Assembly (NCBI GenBank): GCA_963768055.1
Contig: CAVYGN010000002.1
Coordinates: 576,001-640,000, forward strand
Length of the DNA: 64,000 nt
Direction of reading: 5' to 3'
Source of the DNA: an uncultured Spirochaetota bacterium
Lineage (GTDB): Bacteria > Spirochaetota > Brevinematia > Brevinematales > JAOACQ01
Shown: positions 28,230-37,857 of the stretch, one piece after another
Numbering within the stretch: the stretch's first letter is position 1
Layout of the letters: every line of letters starts with the position of its first letter
Notes under the pieces: generated by a model
What the model was told of the DNA's origin: nothing
Database searches by the model: none
What the model saw: the letters and a program-made list of their open reading frames with translations, nothing else
Position numbers and translations under genes: made by a program

Positions 28230-28730
28230 ATGAAAGAAAATAATCAGTCCTGTGACTGTTTAAAAGAAACTGAAAAAGAAAAATACGAAAGAATCGCAGA
28301 AGTGATCAAGCTGTATAAGAACAGAGATGGAAGCCTCATACAGATCCTTCATCTGGCGCAGGGAATATTCGGCTATCTGCCCCTGGAACTCCAGCAATTT
28401 ATAGCCGAACACCTCAACATGCCCCTCTCCGAAGTTTACGGAGTAGCAACATTCTATTCATTTTTTTCAACAAAAAAAAGAGGCAAATACATTATCCGCG
28501 TCTGCATGGGAACTGCCTGCTATGTCCGCGGAGGTAAAAAGATTATTGAAAAACTTAAAGAAATTCTTGAAATTGAACCCGGCGACACCACTGCTGATGG
28601 GAAATTCTCTTTTGAAGTCATGAGATGCATTGGCGCCTGCGGGCTGGCCCCGGCCATCACTATTAACGATAAGGTCTATAAGCAGGTCAATCCGGATAAA
28701 TTGAAAGCTCTGCTTGTCAATTTTCTATAA
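28230..28730 (+). CDS. NuoE/HydC-like 2Fe-2S subunit of [FeFe]-hydrogenase
   Basis: VATFYSFF, CMGTAC, CIGACGLAP. Confidence 0.92.
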   Translation: MKENNQSCDCLKETEKEKYERIAEVIKLYKNRDGSLIQILHLAQGIFGYLPLELQQFIAEHLNMPLSEVYGVATFYSFFSTKKRGKYIIRVCMGTACYVRGGKKIIEKLKEILEIEPGDTTADGKFSFEVMRCIGACGLAPAITINDKVYKQVNPDKLKALLVNFL

Positions 28731-28743
28731 AGGGAGTAACTTA

Positions 28744-31700
28744 ATGAATAAAAAGATCGAAACTGGAAATGACCTCATTAAAATAAAAAATGATACTGTC
28801 AATGAAATAAAAAAGTATAAATATACGATACTTCTTTGCGGAGGAGCAGGATGTGTTTCTTCCGACTGTCTTGCCGTCAAGGAAGCGCTGGAAAAATCCC
28901 TCAAGGAAAAAAAACTCCAGGACAGCATCCTGATAAAGCTTACAGGCTGCATAGGAACTTGCGCAATAGGGCCTGTAATGATAGTGGAGCCCGACAGCGT
29001 TTTCTATACCAAACTTAAGCCGGCCGTAATTCCTAAAATTGTTGCGAGTCATTTCTTATCAAATACTGTGATCCGTGAAAAAACATATTTCGACAAAAAA
29101 ACTAATAAATATATCCCTTACATCGAGGATATAGATTTTTTTAAGAAACAGATCAAAATTGTTCTAAGGAATTGCGGTAAGATAGATTTTTCATCACTCC
29201 CGCAATATATAGCAAGCGACGGTTATTTCTCCGCAGAAAAGGCTTTGAACCACATGACGCCTGAAGAAGTAATAGAGACAGTTAAAGATTCAGGACTTCG
29301 AGGAAGGGGAGGGGGAGGGTTTTCTACAGGCCTTAAATGGGAAGCGGGAAGAAAGGCGCCCAAAGGGCAAAAATATATAGTTTGCAATGCTGATGAAGGC
29401 GACCCCGGAGCCTTTATGGACAGGAGCGTAATAGAAGGAGACCCGCATTCCGTCATAGAGGGAATGATCATCGGGGGTTACGCAATTGGAGCATCAAAGG
29501 GTTTTATCTATGTACGCGCAGAATATCCGCTTGCTGTCGAAAGACTTGAAAAAGCGATTGAGCAGGCCCGTAAGCATGGACTCTTAGGCAGAAAAATTCT
29601 CGGGAGTGGTTTTAATTTCGACCTGGAGATCAGGATCGGTGCAGGCTCTTTTGTTTGCGGAGAAGAAACCGCTCTAATGGCCTCTATCGAAGGCAAACGC
29701 GGGGAACCTCATCAAAAACCGCCCTTTCCGTTTGAAATAGGCCTTTTTTCAAAGCCGACTATTATTAATAATGTTGAAACATTCGCTAATATACCGCCGA
29801 TTTTGTTAAAGGGAAGCACCTGGTATTCTACTTTCGGCAAAGGAAACAGCAGGGGCACAAAGGTATATGCCCTTGCAGGCAATATCCAGAATACCGGGCT
29901 GGTCGAAGTCCCGATCGGCTTATCATTAGGGGAAATAGTTTTTGATATAGGCGGAGGCATACCTAAAAACAAGAAATTCAAGGCAGCCCAAACGGGAGGC
30001 CCTTCGGGGGGCTGTATAACATCGGAAAATCTTAATATTCCCCTTGATTATGATAACTTATCAAAGCTCGGAACAATAATGGGTTCAGGCGGTTTGATAA
30101 TAATGGATGAAGACACGTGCATGGTAGATATGGCAAGATTCTTTATGGATTTCGTCCAGGATGAATCCTGCAGTAAATGTACCCCTTGCAGAATTGGAAC
30201 AAAAAGAATGCTGGAAATACTCGAAAGGATCACAAAGGGCCAGGGAAAAGAGGGAGATATTGAATTGCTGAAAGAACTCGGAAGAATGATCCAGATCACC
30301 TCCGTTTGCGGCCTCGGCCAATCGGGACCTAACCCGGTTCTAAGCACTATAAATAATTTCAGGGAAGAATATGAAGAACATATTAAAAATAAATACTGCC
30401 GCGCCGGCGTATGCAGTGATCTTTTTCTATCGCCCTGCCAGAACGCATGCCCCGCTGAAGTAAATATACCCGGTTATATAGCCCTTCTGTCGGCCGGAAG
30501 GATCCGGGACGCATATAATCTTATCAGAAAAGATAATCCCTTCCCTGCGGTCTGCGGAAGGGTCTGTACTCACCCATGTGAAAGCAGGTGCAGGAGGGCC
30601 CAGCTGGATGAACCGATCGCGATCATGGACCTTAAAAGATATATAGCCGACATGGTCCTTTCTGTAGATGAACCGTATTTTGATATTGTCTTTCCTAAAA
30701 AAAACAAAAAAGTGGGTATTATAGGCGCAGGGCCTGCTGGTTTGACCTGCGGATATTATCTTGCCAGGCTTGGATACGATGTTGATATATATGAAAGCTC
30801 ATCGGAAGCGGGCGGAGTTCTGGCTTTCGGAATACCGGAATACAGGCTGCCCAAGAAAATACTGGAAAAGGAGATCGCAGCGATCGAACATGTAGGTGTT
30901 AAAATACACCTTAATATCCATATAAGCTCCGACAAAGAATTCGAAAATCTCCGTAAAAATCATGAAGCCGTATTCATAGCCACAGGGACACAATTCTCAA
31001 AAAAGATCGGAGTACAGGGCGAGGATATGGCCGGTGTATTTCATGGACTGGATTTTTTGAAGGATGTAAACCTTAAAGGATTCGATATCATTGGCGAAAA
31101 AGTAGTTGTCGTCGGGGGCGGAAATACTGCAATAGATGCGGCCAGGGTAGCTCTCCGCATCGGTGCAAAGGAAGTTACCGTTATTTACAGGCGTGAAATT
31201 GAATCGATGCCTGCAGACAGACGGGAGGTTAAAGAGACCCTCGAGGAAGGAATAAAGGTCTTATCCAATGCAACTCCGGTAAGATTTATAGGAAACTCCA
31301 AGCTGGAAAAAGTCGAATGTATAAAAATGGAATTAAAGGATTTTGATAAAAGCGGAAGAAGGAAGCCATCACCGATGGAAGGTTCGGAATTCTTTATCGA
31401 CTGTAATTCGGCCATACTTGCAGTCAGCCAGTCTTCGGACCTCCCCTTCATTAATAAGGATGAAGTGGAAATCACCGAATGGGGAACCTTTGTTACAGAT
31501 AAAAATACCCATATGACCAGTATGCAGGGAGTCTTTGCCGGAGGCGACGTCGTAAGAGGCTCGGACATTGTCATTACGGCAATTGCAGACGGTAAAAACA
31601 CAGCCAAAGCCATCGATAGATTTTTAGGCGGAAAGGGTATTCTAAATACAGGAGGGCCGATCGATATTCCCAAGGCCCAGGAAGAGAAAGCAATTATCGA

Positions 31701-31836
31701 ACATGAAAGATTTGACATGAAGTATTTAGATCCTGAAAACCGTAAAAACAATTTCAATGAAGTAGCGCTGGGTTTTCATAAATTGAATGCAATAGCAGAA
31801 TCCATGCGCTGCCTGCGCTGCGACAGGAGGGCTTGA
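28744..31836 (+). CDS. NuoF/HydB-like FMN/NADH subunit fused to a GltD/NfnB-like FAD/NADPH module
   Basis: GLRGRGGGGF, NADEGDPGAFMD, CGEETAL, GGPSGG, ESCSKCTPC; then SPCQNACP, GAGPAG, GGGNTAIDAAR, YRR. Confidence 0.92.
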   Translation: MNKKIETGNDLIKIKNDTVNEIKKYKYTILLCGGAGCVSSDCLAVKEALEKSLKEKKLQDSILIKLTGCIGTCAIGPVMIVEPDSVFYTKLKPAVIPKIVASHFLSNTVIREKTYFDKKTNKYIPYIEDIDFFKKQIKIVLRNCGKIDFSSLPQYIASDGYFSAEKALNHMTPEEVIETVKDSGLRGRGGGGFSTGLKWEAGRKAPKGQKYIVCNADEGDPGAFMDRSVIEGDPHSVIEGMIIGGYAIGASKGFIYVRAEYPLAVERLEKAIEQARKHGLLGRKILGSGFNFDLEIRIGAGSFVCGEETALMASIEGKRGEPHQKPPFPFEIGLFSKPTIINNVETFANIPPILLKGSTWYSTFGKGNSRGTKVYALAGNIQNTGLVEVPIGLSLGEIVFDIGGGIPKNKKFKAAQTGGPSGGCITSENLNIPLDYDNLSKLGTIMGSGGLIIMDEDTCMVDMARFFMDFVQDESCSKCTPCRIGTKRMLEILERITKGQGKEGDIELLKELGRMIQITSVCGLGQSGPNPVLSTINNFREEYEEHIKNKYCRAGVCSDLFLSPCQNACPAEVNIPGYIALLSAGRIRDAYNLIRKDNPFPAVCGRVCTHPCESRCRRAQLDEPIAIMDLKRYIADMVLSVDEPYFDIVFPKKNKKVGIIGAGPAGLTCGYYLARLGYDVDIYESSSEAGGVLAFGIPEYRLPKKILEKEIAAIEHVGVKIHLNIHISSDKEFENLRKNHEAVFIATGTQFSKKIGVQGEDMAGVFHGLDFLKDVNLKGFDIIGEKVVVVGGGNTAIDAARVALRIGAKEVTVIYRREIESMPADRREVKETLEEGIKVLSNATPVRFIGNSKLEKVECIKMELKDFDKSGRRKPSPMEGSEFFIDCNSAILAVSQSSDLPFINKDEVEITEWGTFVTDKNTHMTSMQGVFAGGDVVRGSDIVITAIADGKNTAKAIDRFLGGKGILNTGGPIDIPKAQEEKAIIEHERFDMKYLDPENRKNNFNEVALGFHKLNAIAESMRCLRCDRRA

Positions 31837-31837
31837 C

Positions 31838-33649
31838 ATGACCAGTCTGACTATAAATAGAAAAAAAATTAATGTGAGCGACGGAATAACGATCCTTGAG
31901 GCTGCGAGGCTTAATAATATTCTGATACCGACTTTGTGTCATACAGGGATTGAGCACAGTCCCGGAGCATGCCGTATCTGTGTTGTGGAAGTTGAGGGGG
32001 CCAAAAACCTTATGGCGTCCTGTGTTACAAAGGTAAAAGAGGGTATGATCGTTCATACCAATTCTGAAAAAGCCAGGAAGGCCGCCAGGATCATATATGA
32101 ACTCCTTTTGTCGGATCATCCGAAAAACTGTCTTAATTGCATCAGGAATCAAAACTGCGAATTACAAAAACTCGGGGAGATTATCCAGATTGAAGATTCC
32201 CGCTTCGAGGGCCAGAGATCAAAGGATTTTATTGATGATTCCAGCGCATCGATAGTCAGGAATTCTTCAAAATGCATATCATGCAGGAGATGTGTAACTG
32301 TATGCAACGAAATCCAGGGGGTAGGCGTTTTAAGCCTTCAGCATAGAGGTTTCAATGCAGTGATAGCCCCCGCCGCCGAACTTCCGTTAAATTCGGTAAA
32401 TTGTTCAAATTGCGGCCAGTGCACAATCGTTTGCCCTGTAGATGCATTGAAAGAACATGATTCAACCGGATACGTCTGGAGCGCTCTTTTTAATAAATCG
32501 AAAAGGATGATCGTTCAGACAGCTCCCGCAATTCGCGCCGCTCTCGGCGAAGAATTCGGCTATGATCCTGGAACTCTTGTTACGGGTAAAATGGTAAGCG
32601 CTTTAAGAGAAATCGGTTTTACGGATATTTTCGACACAAACTTCGCGGCCGACCTGACTATTATTGAAGAGGGATATGAATTTCTCGGCAGATTGACGGC
32701 TGAATTCAACCCTCGAAACCGGAAAACAAAACCTGCTTTGCCGATGATTACAAGCTGCAGCCCCGGATGGATAAAATTCGTCGAACATGAATATCCGGAA
32801 TTTCTTTCCCATCTATCAAGCTGTAAATCTCCCCATATGATGCTCGGAACACTCATTAAAACTTATTACGCTTCAAAAATCAACATAGACCCGAAAGATA
32901 TGTTTGTAGTTTCTATTATGCCCTGCACGGCTAAGAAATTCGAGATTACAAGGCCTGAAATGCGCTCCAGCGGATATCCCGATGTTGACGCTGTTCTTAC
33001 AACCCGGGAAATTGCCAGGATGATCAAAGAATCCGGCATAGATTTTAAGGCCCTTTCCGACGGGCAGTTTAATAGCCCTTTGGGGTTTTCGACCGGTGCA
33101 GCAGATATCTTCGGAGTCAGCGGCGGAGTTATGGAAGCGGCTCTCAGGACTGTTTATGAAGTTGTTACCGGACGCGAACTGCCGTTTAGAAATCTGCATA
33201 TCAAGCCAATTGAGGGCTTCGAAAGAATTAAAGAAGCAAAAATAAAAATTGAAAATCCTGTAAAAGAATTTGATTATCTTGAAGGAGTTTCCATAAATGT
33301 AGCCGTTACGAGCGGCCTTGCCGGAGCCAGGATCCTGCTTAATCAAATACAGGATGGAAATTCACCTTATCACTTTATAGAAGTTATGGGGTGCCCCGGA
33401 GGGTGTATAAGCGGAGGGGGCCAGCCAAGGCCAATAAATGAATCGTTCAGAGAAAAAAGGCTTCAGGCAATTTACAGGGAAGATGAAGGAAAACCCATAA
33501 GAAAATCACATGAAAACCCTTTTATAAAAACCCTTTATGATGAATTTTTGAAAGAACCTCTCAGTCATAAGGCCCATGAACTTCTTCATACCGTATATAT
33601 GAAGAGAGGACGGTATAACCAGTTTATTGATTTGAAGGAGCGGCAATGA
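31838..33649 (+). CDS. hydA: [FeFe]-hydrogenase group A catalytic subunit
   Basis: H-cluster motifs TSCSPGW, MPCTAKKFE, EVMGCPGGCISGGGQP; N-terminal 2Fe-2S, His-ligated and 2x4Fe-4S motifs. Confidence 0.96.
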   Translation: MTSLTINRKKINVSDGITILEAARLNNILIPTLCHTGIEHSPGACRICVVEVEGAKNLMASCVTKVKEGMIVHTNSEKARKAARIIYELLLSDHPKNCLNCIRNQNCELQKLGEIIQIEDSRFEGQRSKDFIDDSSASIVRNSSKCISCRRCVTVCNEIQGVGVLSLQHRGFNAVIAPAAELPLNSVNCSNCGQCTIVCPVDALKEHDSTGYVWSALFNKSKRMIVQTAPAIRAALGEEFGYDPGTLVTGKMVSALREIGFTDIFDTNFAADLTIIEEGYEFLGRLTAEFNPRNRKTKPALPMITSCSPGWIKFVEHEYPEFLSHLSSCKSPHMMLGTLIKTYYASKINIDPKDMFVVSIMPCTAKKFEITRPEMRSSGYPDVDAVLTTREIARMIKESGIDFKALSDGQFNSPLGFSTGAADIFGVSGGVMEAALRTVYEVVTGRELPFRNLHIKPIEGFERIKEAKIKIENPVKEFDYLEGVSINVAVTSGLAGARILLNQIQDGNSPYHFIEVMGCPGGCISGGGQPRPINESFREKRLQAIYREDEGKPIRKSHENPFIKTLYDEFLKEPLSHKAHELLHTVYMKRGRYNQFIDLKERQ

Positions 33650-34371
33650 AAATCATTAAATTTATTCCAATAGTTTTAATTTTCACTCCCTTGCTCGTAT
33701 TTTCCCTTGATAATGAACGCTTGAGCAGGGAAGCGGAATTTGAAAAGCTTACAAATAATGAAGATTTTTTTGTCAACTCGCCTTTCATAACGCCCGATTC
33801 AATAATCTTCTTTTATAAGAGCAAAGCCTCCAAAATTCTTGTCGGTGGTGATTTTAACGATTGGAAGCCTGAACTCCTGATGCGGGAGACAGAAACGAAT
33901 TTCTGGCAATATTCATGGGAAACACGCCTCCCGAAAGGCATATACAAGTATAAACTTATGGTTGATGATATCTGGATAAATGATCCTAATAATACGAATG
34001 TCATTACCGATGACAGCGGACAGCCCGTGTCATATTTTGAGCTGAAAGAAGATTTTATCCCTGGAGCTACATACCCTTTATGGCTTGAAAAGGACTTGTA
34101 TCAATTTAAATATGAAAATATCTCGGCTAAGAGCGTCTCGCTAGTCGGCGATTTTAATAACTGGAATCCTTATTTGACTATTCTTACAAATATGGGAGCA
34201 GGCGAGTTTTTTGTTAAAGTCAGACTCAAACCGGGAATACATTCATACTGCTTTGTCGTTGACGACGAGTGGAAAGCCGATCCAAACAATCTTAATCAAT
34301 ACAGCGATAGAACCGGGACGATAATAAACATTATTTATGTTCCGGAAAGGGGAAAAGGGGGTCTGCATTGA
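33646..34371 (+). CDS. Exported protein with two CBM48/AMPK-type glycogen-binding domains
   Basis: Signal peptide; two copies of V.GDFN.W...G.Y.Y..VDD.W..DPNN. Confidence 0.85.
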   Translation: MKIIKFIPIVLIFTPLLVFSLDNERLSREAEFEKLTNNEDFFVNSPFITPDSIIFFYKSKASKILVGGDFNDWKPELLMRETETNFWQYSWETRLPKGIYKYKLMVDDIWINDPNNTNVITDDSGQPVSYFELKEDFIPGATYPLWLEKDLYQFKYENISAKSVSLVGDFNNWNPYLTILTNMGAGEFFVKVRLKPGIHSYCFVVDDEWKADPNNLNQYSDRTGTIINIIYVPERGKGGLH

Positions 34372-35549
34372 TAAAAAGCTTTTTAAGTTCCCCGGGCCCG
34401 ACCGCAGTCCCGGCTGAAGTCCTGTCGGATATGTCGCTTCCCCTCATACATCACAGGACTCCGATGTTTTCAAATATAGTAAAAGAAAACCTCACTTTAT
34501 TAAAATACATCTTTAAAACTAAAAACCCCATAATAACACTTACATCTTCCGGCACCGGGGCTATGGAAGCCTCTATAACAAACTTTCTTTCCAGGGAAAG
34601 CAAGATCCTTGTCTTATCTGCCGGAAAATTCGGAGAAAGATTCGGAGAGATTGGGAGGTCTTACGGGACTCAAGTGATCGAACTCAAGGCGCCTTACGGC
34701 CGGGATGTCAAGGTCAGGGAAGTTGAAGAAGTCCTCGGGAATAATCCGGATATTGAAGCTGTTTATACCGAATACAGCGAGACTTCGACAGGGGTGGCAT
34801 TCGATATAAAGGGCTTGGCGGAATTAGTCCGTAATACCGAAGCAATATTGGCCGTCGACGGTATTACAGCAATAGGAGCTATGGAATTCAAGATGGACGA
34901 ATGGGGCATCGATGTTGCTATCGCAGGATCTCAAAAGTCATTCATGATACCGCCGGGGTTAGCCTTTATTGCGGTATCGGAAAAAGCCTCCCGGAAAATG
35001 AAGAACTCAGGCCTGCCCAAATTTTACTTCGATCTTGCAAGGGAGTTGAGGAGCCTTGAAAAATCGACGACCTCATGGACGCCGGCCATTACACTTTTCA
35101 TTGGTCTTAACAGGGCCTTGAAGATGATGGAGAAAGAGGGTATCGATAATATAATTCAGAGGCACCATAAAATCGCGGAAATCATAAGGAGTTCGGTCAA
35201 ATCCATCGGCCTGGAACTTCTCGCCGGGGATAATGACATTTGCCCTTCCGACGCCTTAACGGCAGTTATAGTTCCAAAGAATATAAACGGGGCTAAAATT
35301 CCCGGGATCATGAGAGATAAGTATGGTGTAACTATATCCGGAGGGCAGGGTTCTCTCAAGGGTAATATTTTCCGCCTTGGTCATCTTGGCTATGTGGATA
35401 AGTCTGATATACTGATAGTACTGCAGGCTATGGAATTGACCCTGAAAGACCTGGGATACATTTTTGAAGCCGGGAAGAGCGTTTCTACAGCCCAGAAAAT
35501 GATCATGGAAAAAATATACTTTTCCGAAAACCATAACGGCGCTGATTAA
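34368..35549 (+). CDS. Class V aminotransferase (serine-pyruvate/alanine-glyoxylate family)
   Basis: PGPT, SSGTGAME, SETSTG, GSQKSFMIPPGL (PLP Lys), FRLGHLG. Confidence 0.92.
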   Translation: MIKSFLSSPGPTAVPAEVLSDMSLPLIHHRTPMFSNIVKENLTLLKYIFKTKNPIITLTSSGTGAMEASITNFLSRESKILVLSAGKFGERFGEIGRSYGTQVIELKAPYGRDVKVREVEEVLGNNPDIEAVYTEYSETSTGVAFDIKGLAELVRNTEAILAVDGITAIGAMEFKMDEWGIDVAIAGSQKSFMIPPGLAFIAVSEKASRKMKNSGLPKFYFDLARELRSLEKSTTSWTPAITLFIGLNRALKMMEKEGIDNIIQRHHKIAEIIRSSVKSIGLELLAGDNDICPSDALTAVIVPKNINGAKIPGIMRDKYGVTISGGQGSLKGNIFRLGHLGYVDKSDILIVLQAMELTLKDLGYIFEAGKSVSTAQKMIMEKIYFSENHNGAD

Positions 35550-36079
35550 GAGCCCCCTTTACGCAATAAAAATGAAATGAGATTGATCTCGTTCTCAAGA
35601 TAACCTAAGTTGAGAAGCTCTTCCCTGGTCTTGCCTGTTCGCAGGTAATACTTAAGCTTTTCGCTTCTTGTCATTTCGTTTAACGTTGTTAGAAAAGGTT
35701 TATCAGGAATAATTTCGGCCGCTTGTTTAACCGAATTCTTTTTTTCTTTTACGGGGGTAGCAGGACGCTTTTCAACTATTTTTTCAATGACAATCGGTTT
35801 ATTCATCCTCTCGATCCTTTCATCCATAGTAATCATCTTGACGTTTGCTTTTTTAAGTATCTCCTGAAGCTGAGCAATTCTCGATTCGAGAAGTTCAATG
35901 TTACGGGCTGCCGCCCCGTTAAATTCGGTTATCAAACCTTCGAGCTCTTTCCTGGCATCATCAATGATGATATTATCTTTTATATTTTTAATTTTATTAG
36001 TGGTCATAAAAAAAAGGAAAACTGCCATTCCAAAAACAATTAGCGATATGAATATGTCCATAATTTTATGATAATGCAA
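35546..36079 (-). CDS. Hypothetical membrane-anchored coiled-coil protein
   Basis: N-terminal TM, coiled coil, short C-terminal helical domain. Confidence 0.7.
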   Translation of the reverse strand: MHYHKIMDIFISLIVFGMAVFLFFMTTNKIKNIKDNIIIDDARKELEGLITEFNGAAARNIELLESRIAQLQEILKKANVKMITMDERIERMNKPIVIEKIVEKRPATPVKEKKNSVKQAAEIIPDKPFLTTLNEMTRSEKLKYYLRTGKTREELLNLGYLENEINLISFLLRKGGS

Positions 36080-36184
36080 GAAAGCAATAATATCAAGAGG
36101 CTTAAGCGGAGCTTAGTGCGGAGCTATAGTTAATTATTTGATAAATAACAACATTAAAGCTAAAATTTAAAATGGAGTGACAAG

Positions 36185-37321
36185 ATGATCTATCTGGATA
36201 ACGCCGCCACAAGTTTTCCCAAGCCCGAGCGTGTTTATAAAAAAATGGATGAATTTTACAGAAAATATGGTGCAAATCCGGGCCGTTCCGGACATAAAAT
36301 GGCTATGACGGCTTCTCAGGCTATCGAAAACGTACGCAGCGAATTAGCCGGCTTTTTCCATTCACCGGGGCCGGAACATGTAATTTTCACACTTAACGCC
36401 ACGGATGCCCTGAATATGGCGCTTTCAGGCTTGCTGAGACCTGGGGATGAAGCGATCACTACTGTATTGGATCATAACTCACTTTCACGCCCAATAAACC
36501 TCCTGGCAAAAGAGAGGGGTGTAAAGATAATTAGGGCAGTTCCCCGCGGCGAACAAATAGACCCTGATGAAATCAGGGGTTTCCTGACAAAAAAAACAAA
36601 AATAGTCGCGCTGACCCATGCCTCAAATGTTACAGGATGGGTACAGGATGCAGATCTTATTGGAAAAATAGTCAGAGAAAACTCTGATGCTTACTTTCTA
36701 CTGGATGCGGCACAGACCGCGGGCATATTGCCTATAGATATGAGAGAAAGTTCGATAGATATTCTTGCTTTTACAGGGCATAAAGCCCTTTACGGCCCGA
36801 TGGGGACAGGAGGCCTGGCCCTATCGGACAGGGTCGATCTTCCCCCTTTCAGGGTAGGAGGAAGCGGCTACGATTCTGAAAACGAGTCCCATCCAAGAGA
36901 ATTGCCATACAGGCTGGAAGCAGGAACAGAAAACCTGCCGGGCATAGTCGGCCTTGGAGAAGGACTTGAATTCATACTAGACAGGGGAATTGATATAATA
37001 AGAACAAGAGAATTGCTGCTTCGCGACATTTTACTCGATGGCCTTCGCAGCATCGACAGAATAAAGATTTATACCAGTTCCGGAGTTAATTCAGGACTGG
37101 GTTTAATAAGCATCACACTGGATAACATTTCACCCGCCGACGCGGCGACGATCCTTGATGGAGAGTTCGGCATTGCAGTTCGTCCGGGTCTGCAATGTGC
37201 TCCATATATGCATAAGCACCTCCGGACTTTCCCGAAAGGAACTGTAAGGTTAAGCATAGGCTGTTTCAATAATGAAGAAGAAATCCTGCAAACCGTCCAG
37301 GCAATAAAGCAAATAATCTAA
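36185..37321 (+). CDS. Cysteine desulfurase-family (class V PLP) protein
   Basis: IYLDNAATS.PKP, HASNVTG, DAAQTAG, TGHK, EAGT.N, RPGLQCAP. Confidence 0.92.
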   Translation: MIYLDNAATSFPKPERVYKKMDEFYRKYGANPGRSGHKMAMTASQAIENVRSELAGFFHSPGPEHVIFTLNATDALNMALSGLLRPGDEAITTVLDHNSLSRPINLLAKERGVKIIRAVPRGEQIDPDEIRGFLTKKTKIVALTHASNVTGWVQDADLIGKIVRENSDAYFLLDAAQTAGILPIDMRESSIDILAFTGHKALYGPMGTGGLALSDRVDLPPFRVGGSGYDSENESHPRELPYRLEAGTENLPGIVGLGEGLEFILDRGIDIIRTRELLLRDILLDGLRSIDRIKIYTSSGVNSGLGLISITLDNISPADAATILDGEFGIAVRPGLQCAPYMHKHLRTFPKGTVRLSIGCFNNEEEILQTVQAIKQII

Positions 37322-37406
37322 TAATTCAAAACCAACCGGCTGCTTTACTTATCGGTAGGCTATATCCGAAAATATAAAGCGCCCTATAATAATCGGAGGT
37401 ACGGTT

Positions 37407-37847
37407 ATGAAGTTTGGAGAAGTTCTTATCAAACTTGGTTTCACAACGGAACAAAAGCTTGACATAGCCTTACAGGAACAGGAATTTACATTAAACTCTA
37501 TCGGTTTTTCCGAGCCTATAGGGTTGATATTTCTGAGAAATGGAGTAATCACTGAAGAACAGCATACCGCGGCAGTGATCGAATATTTTAAACAGGTTAT
37601 AACGGACACCGAAAAGCCTGAATATGTAAGAAAAACAGCAACTATCGCTATTAAAGCCCTTGAAAACGAAAGTGTTCCGAACAAGCTTTCGCATGAATCC
37701 AAGATCGCCCTGCTGAATAAAATCGAGGAATGCGAAGAAAGGGTAGCCCAGCTGGATAACTCCAAGCTCCCCCAGAAGGATCTCATCATTTCTCAACAGA
37801 TGAAAACTATCGATATGATTAAAAAAGATCTAGAAACCCTGGCTTGA
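37407..37847 (+). CDS. Small protein with MshEN-like N-terminal domain
   Basis: KFGEVLIKLGFTTEQKLDIALQEQ fits the RLGxxLLxxGLIxxxxLxxxLxxQ pattern; GGAGG RBS. Confidence 0.65.
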   Translation: MKFGEVLIKLGFTTEQKLDIALQEQEFTLNSIGFSEPIGLIFLRNGVITEEQHTAAVIEYFKQVITDTEKPEYVRKTATIAIKALENESVPNKLSHESKIALLNKIEECEERVAQLDNSKLPQKDLIISQQMKTIDMIKKDLETLA

Positions 37848-37857
37848 CTAAACCATA

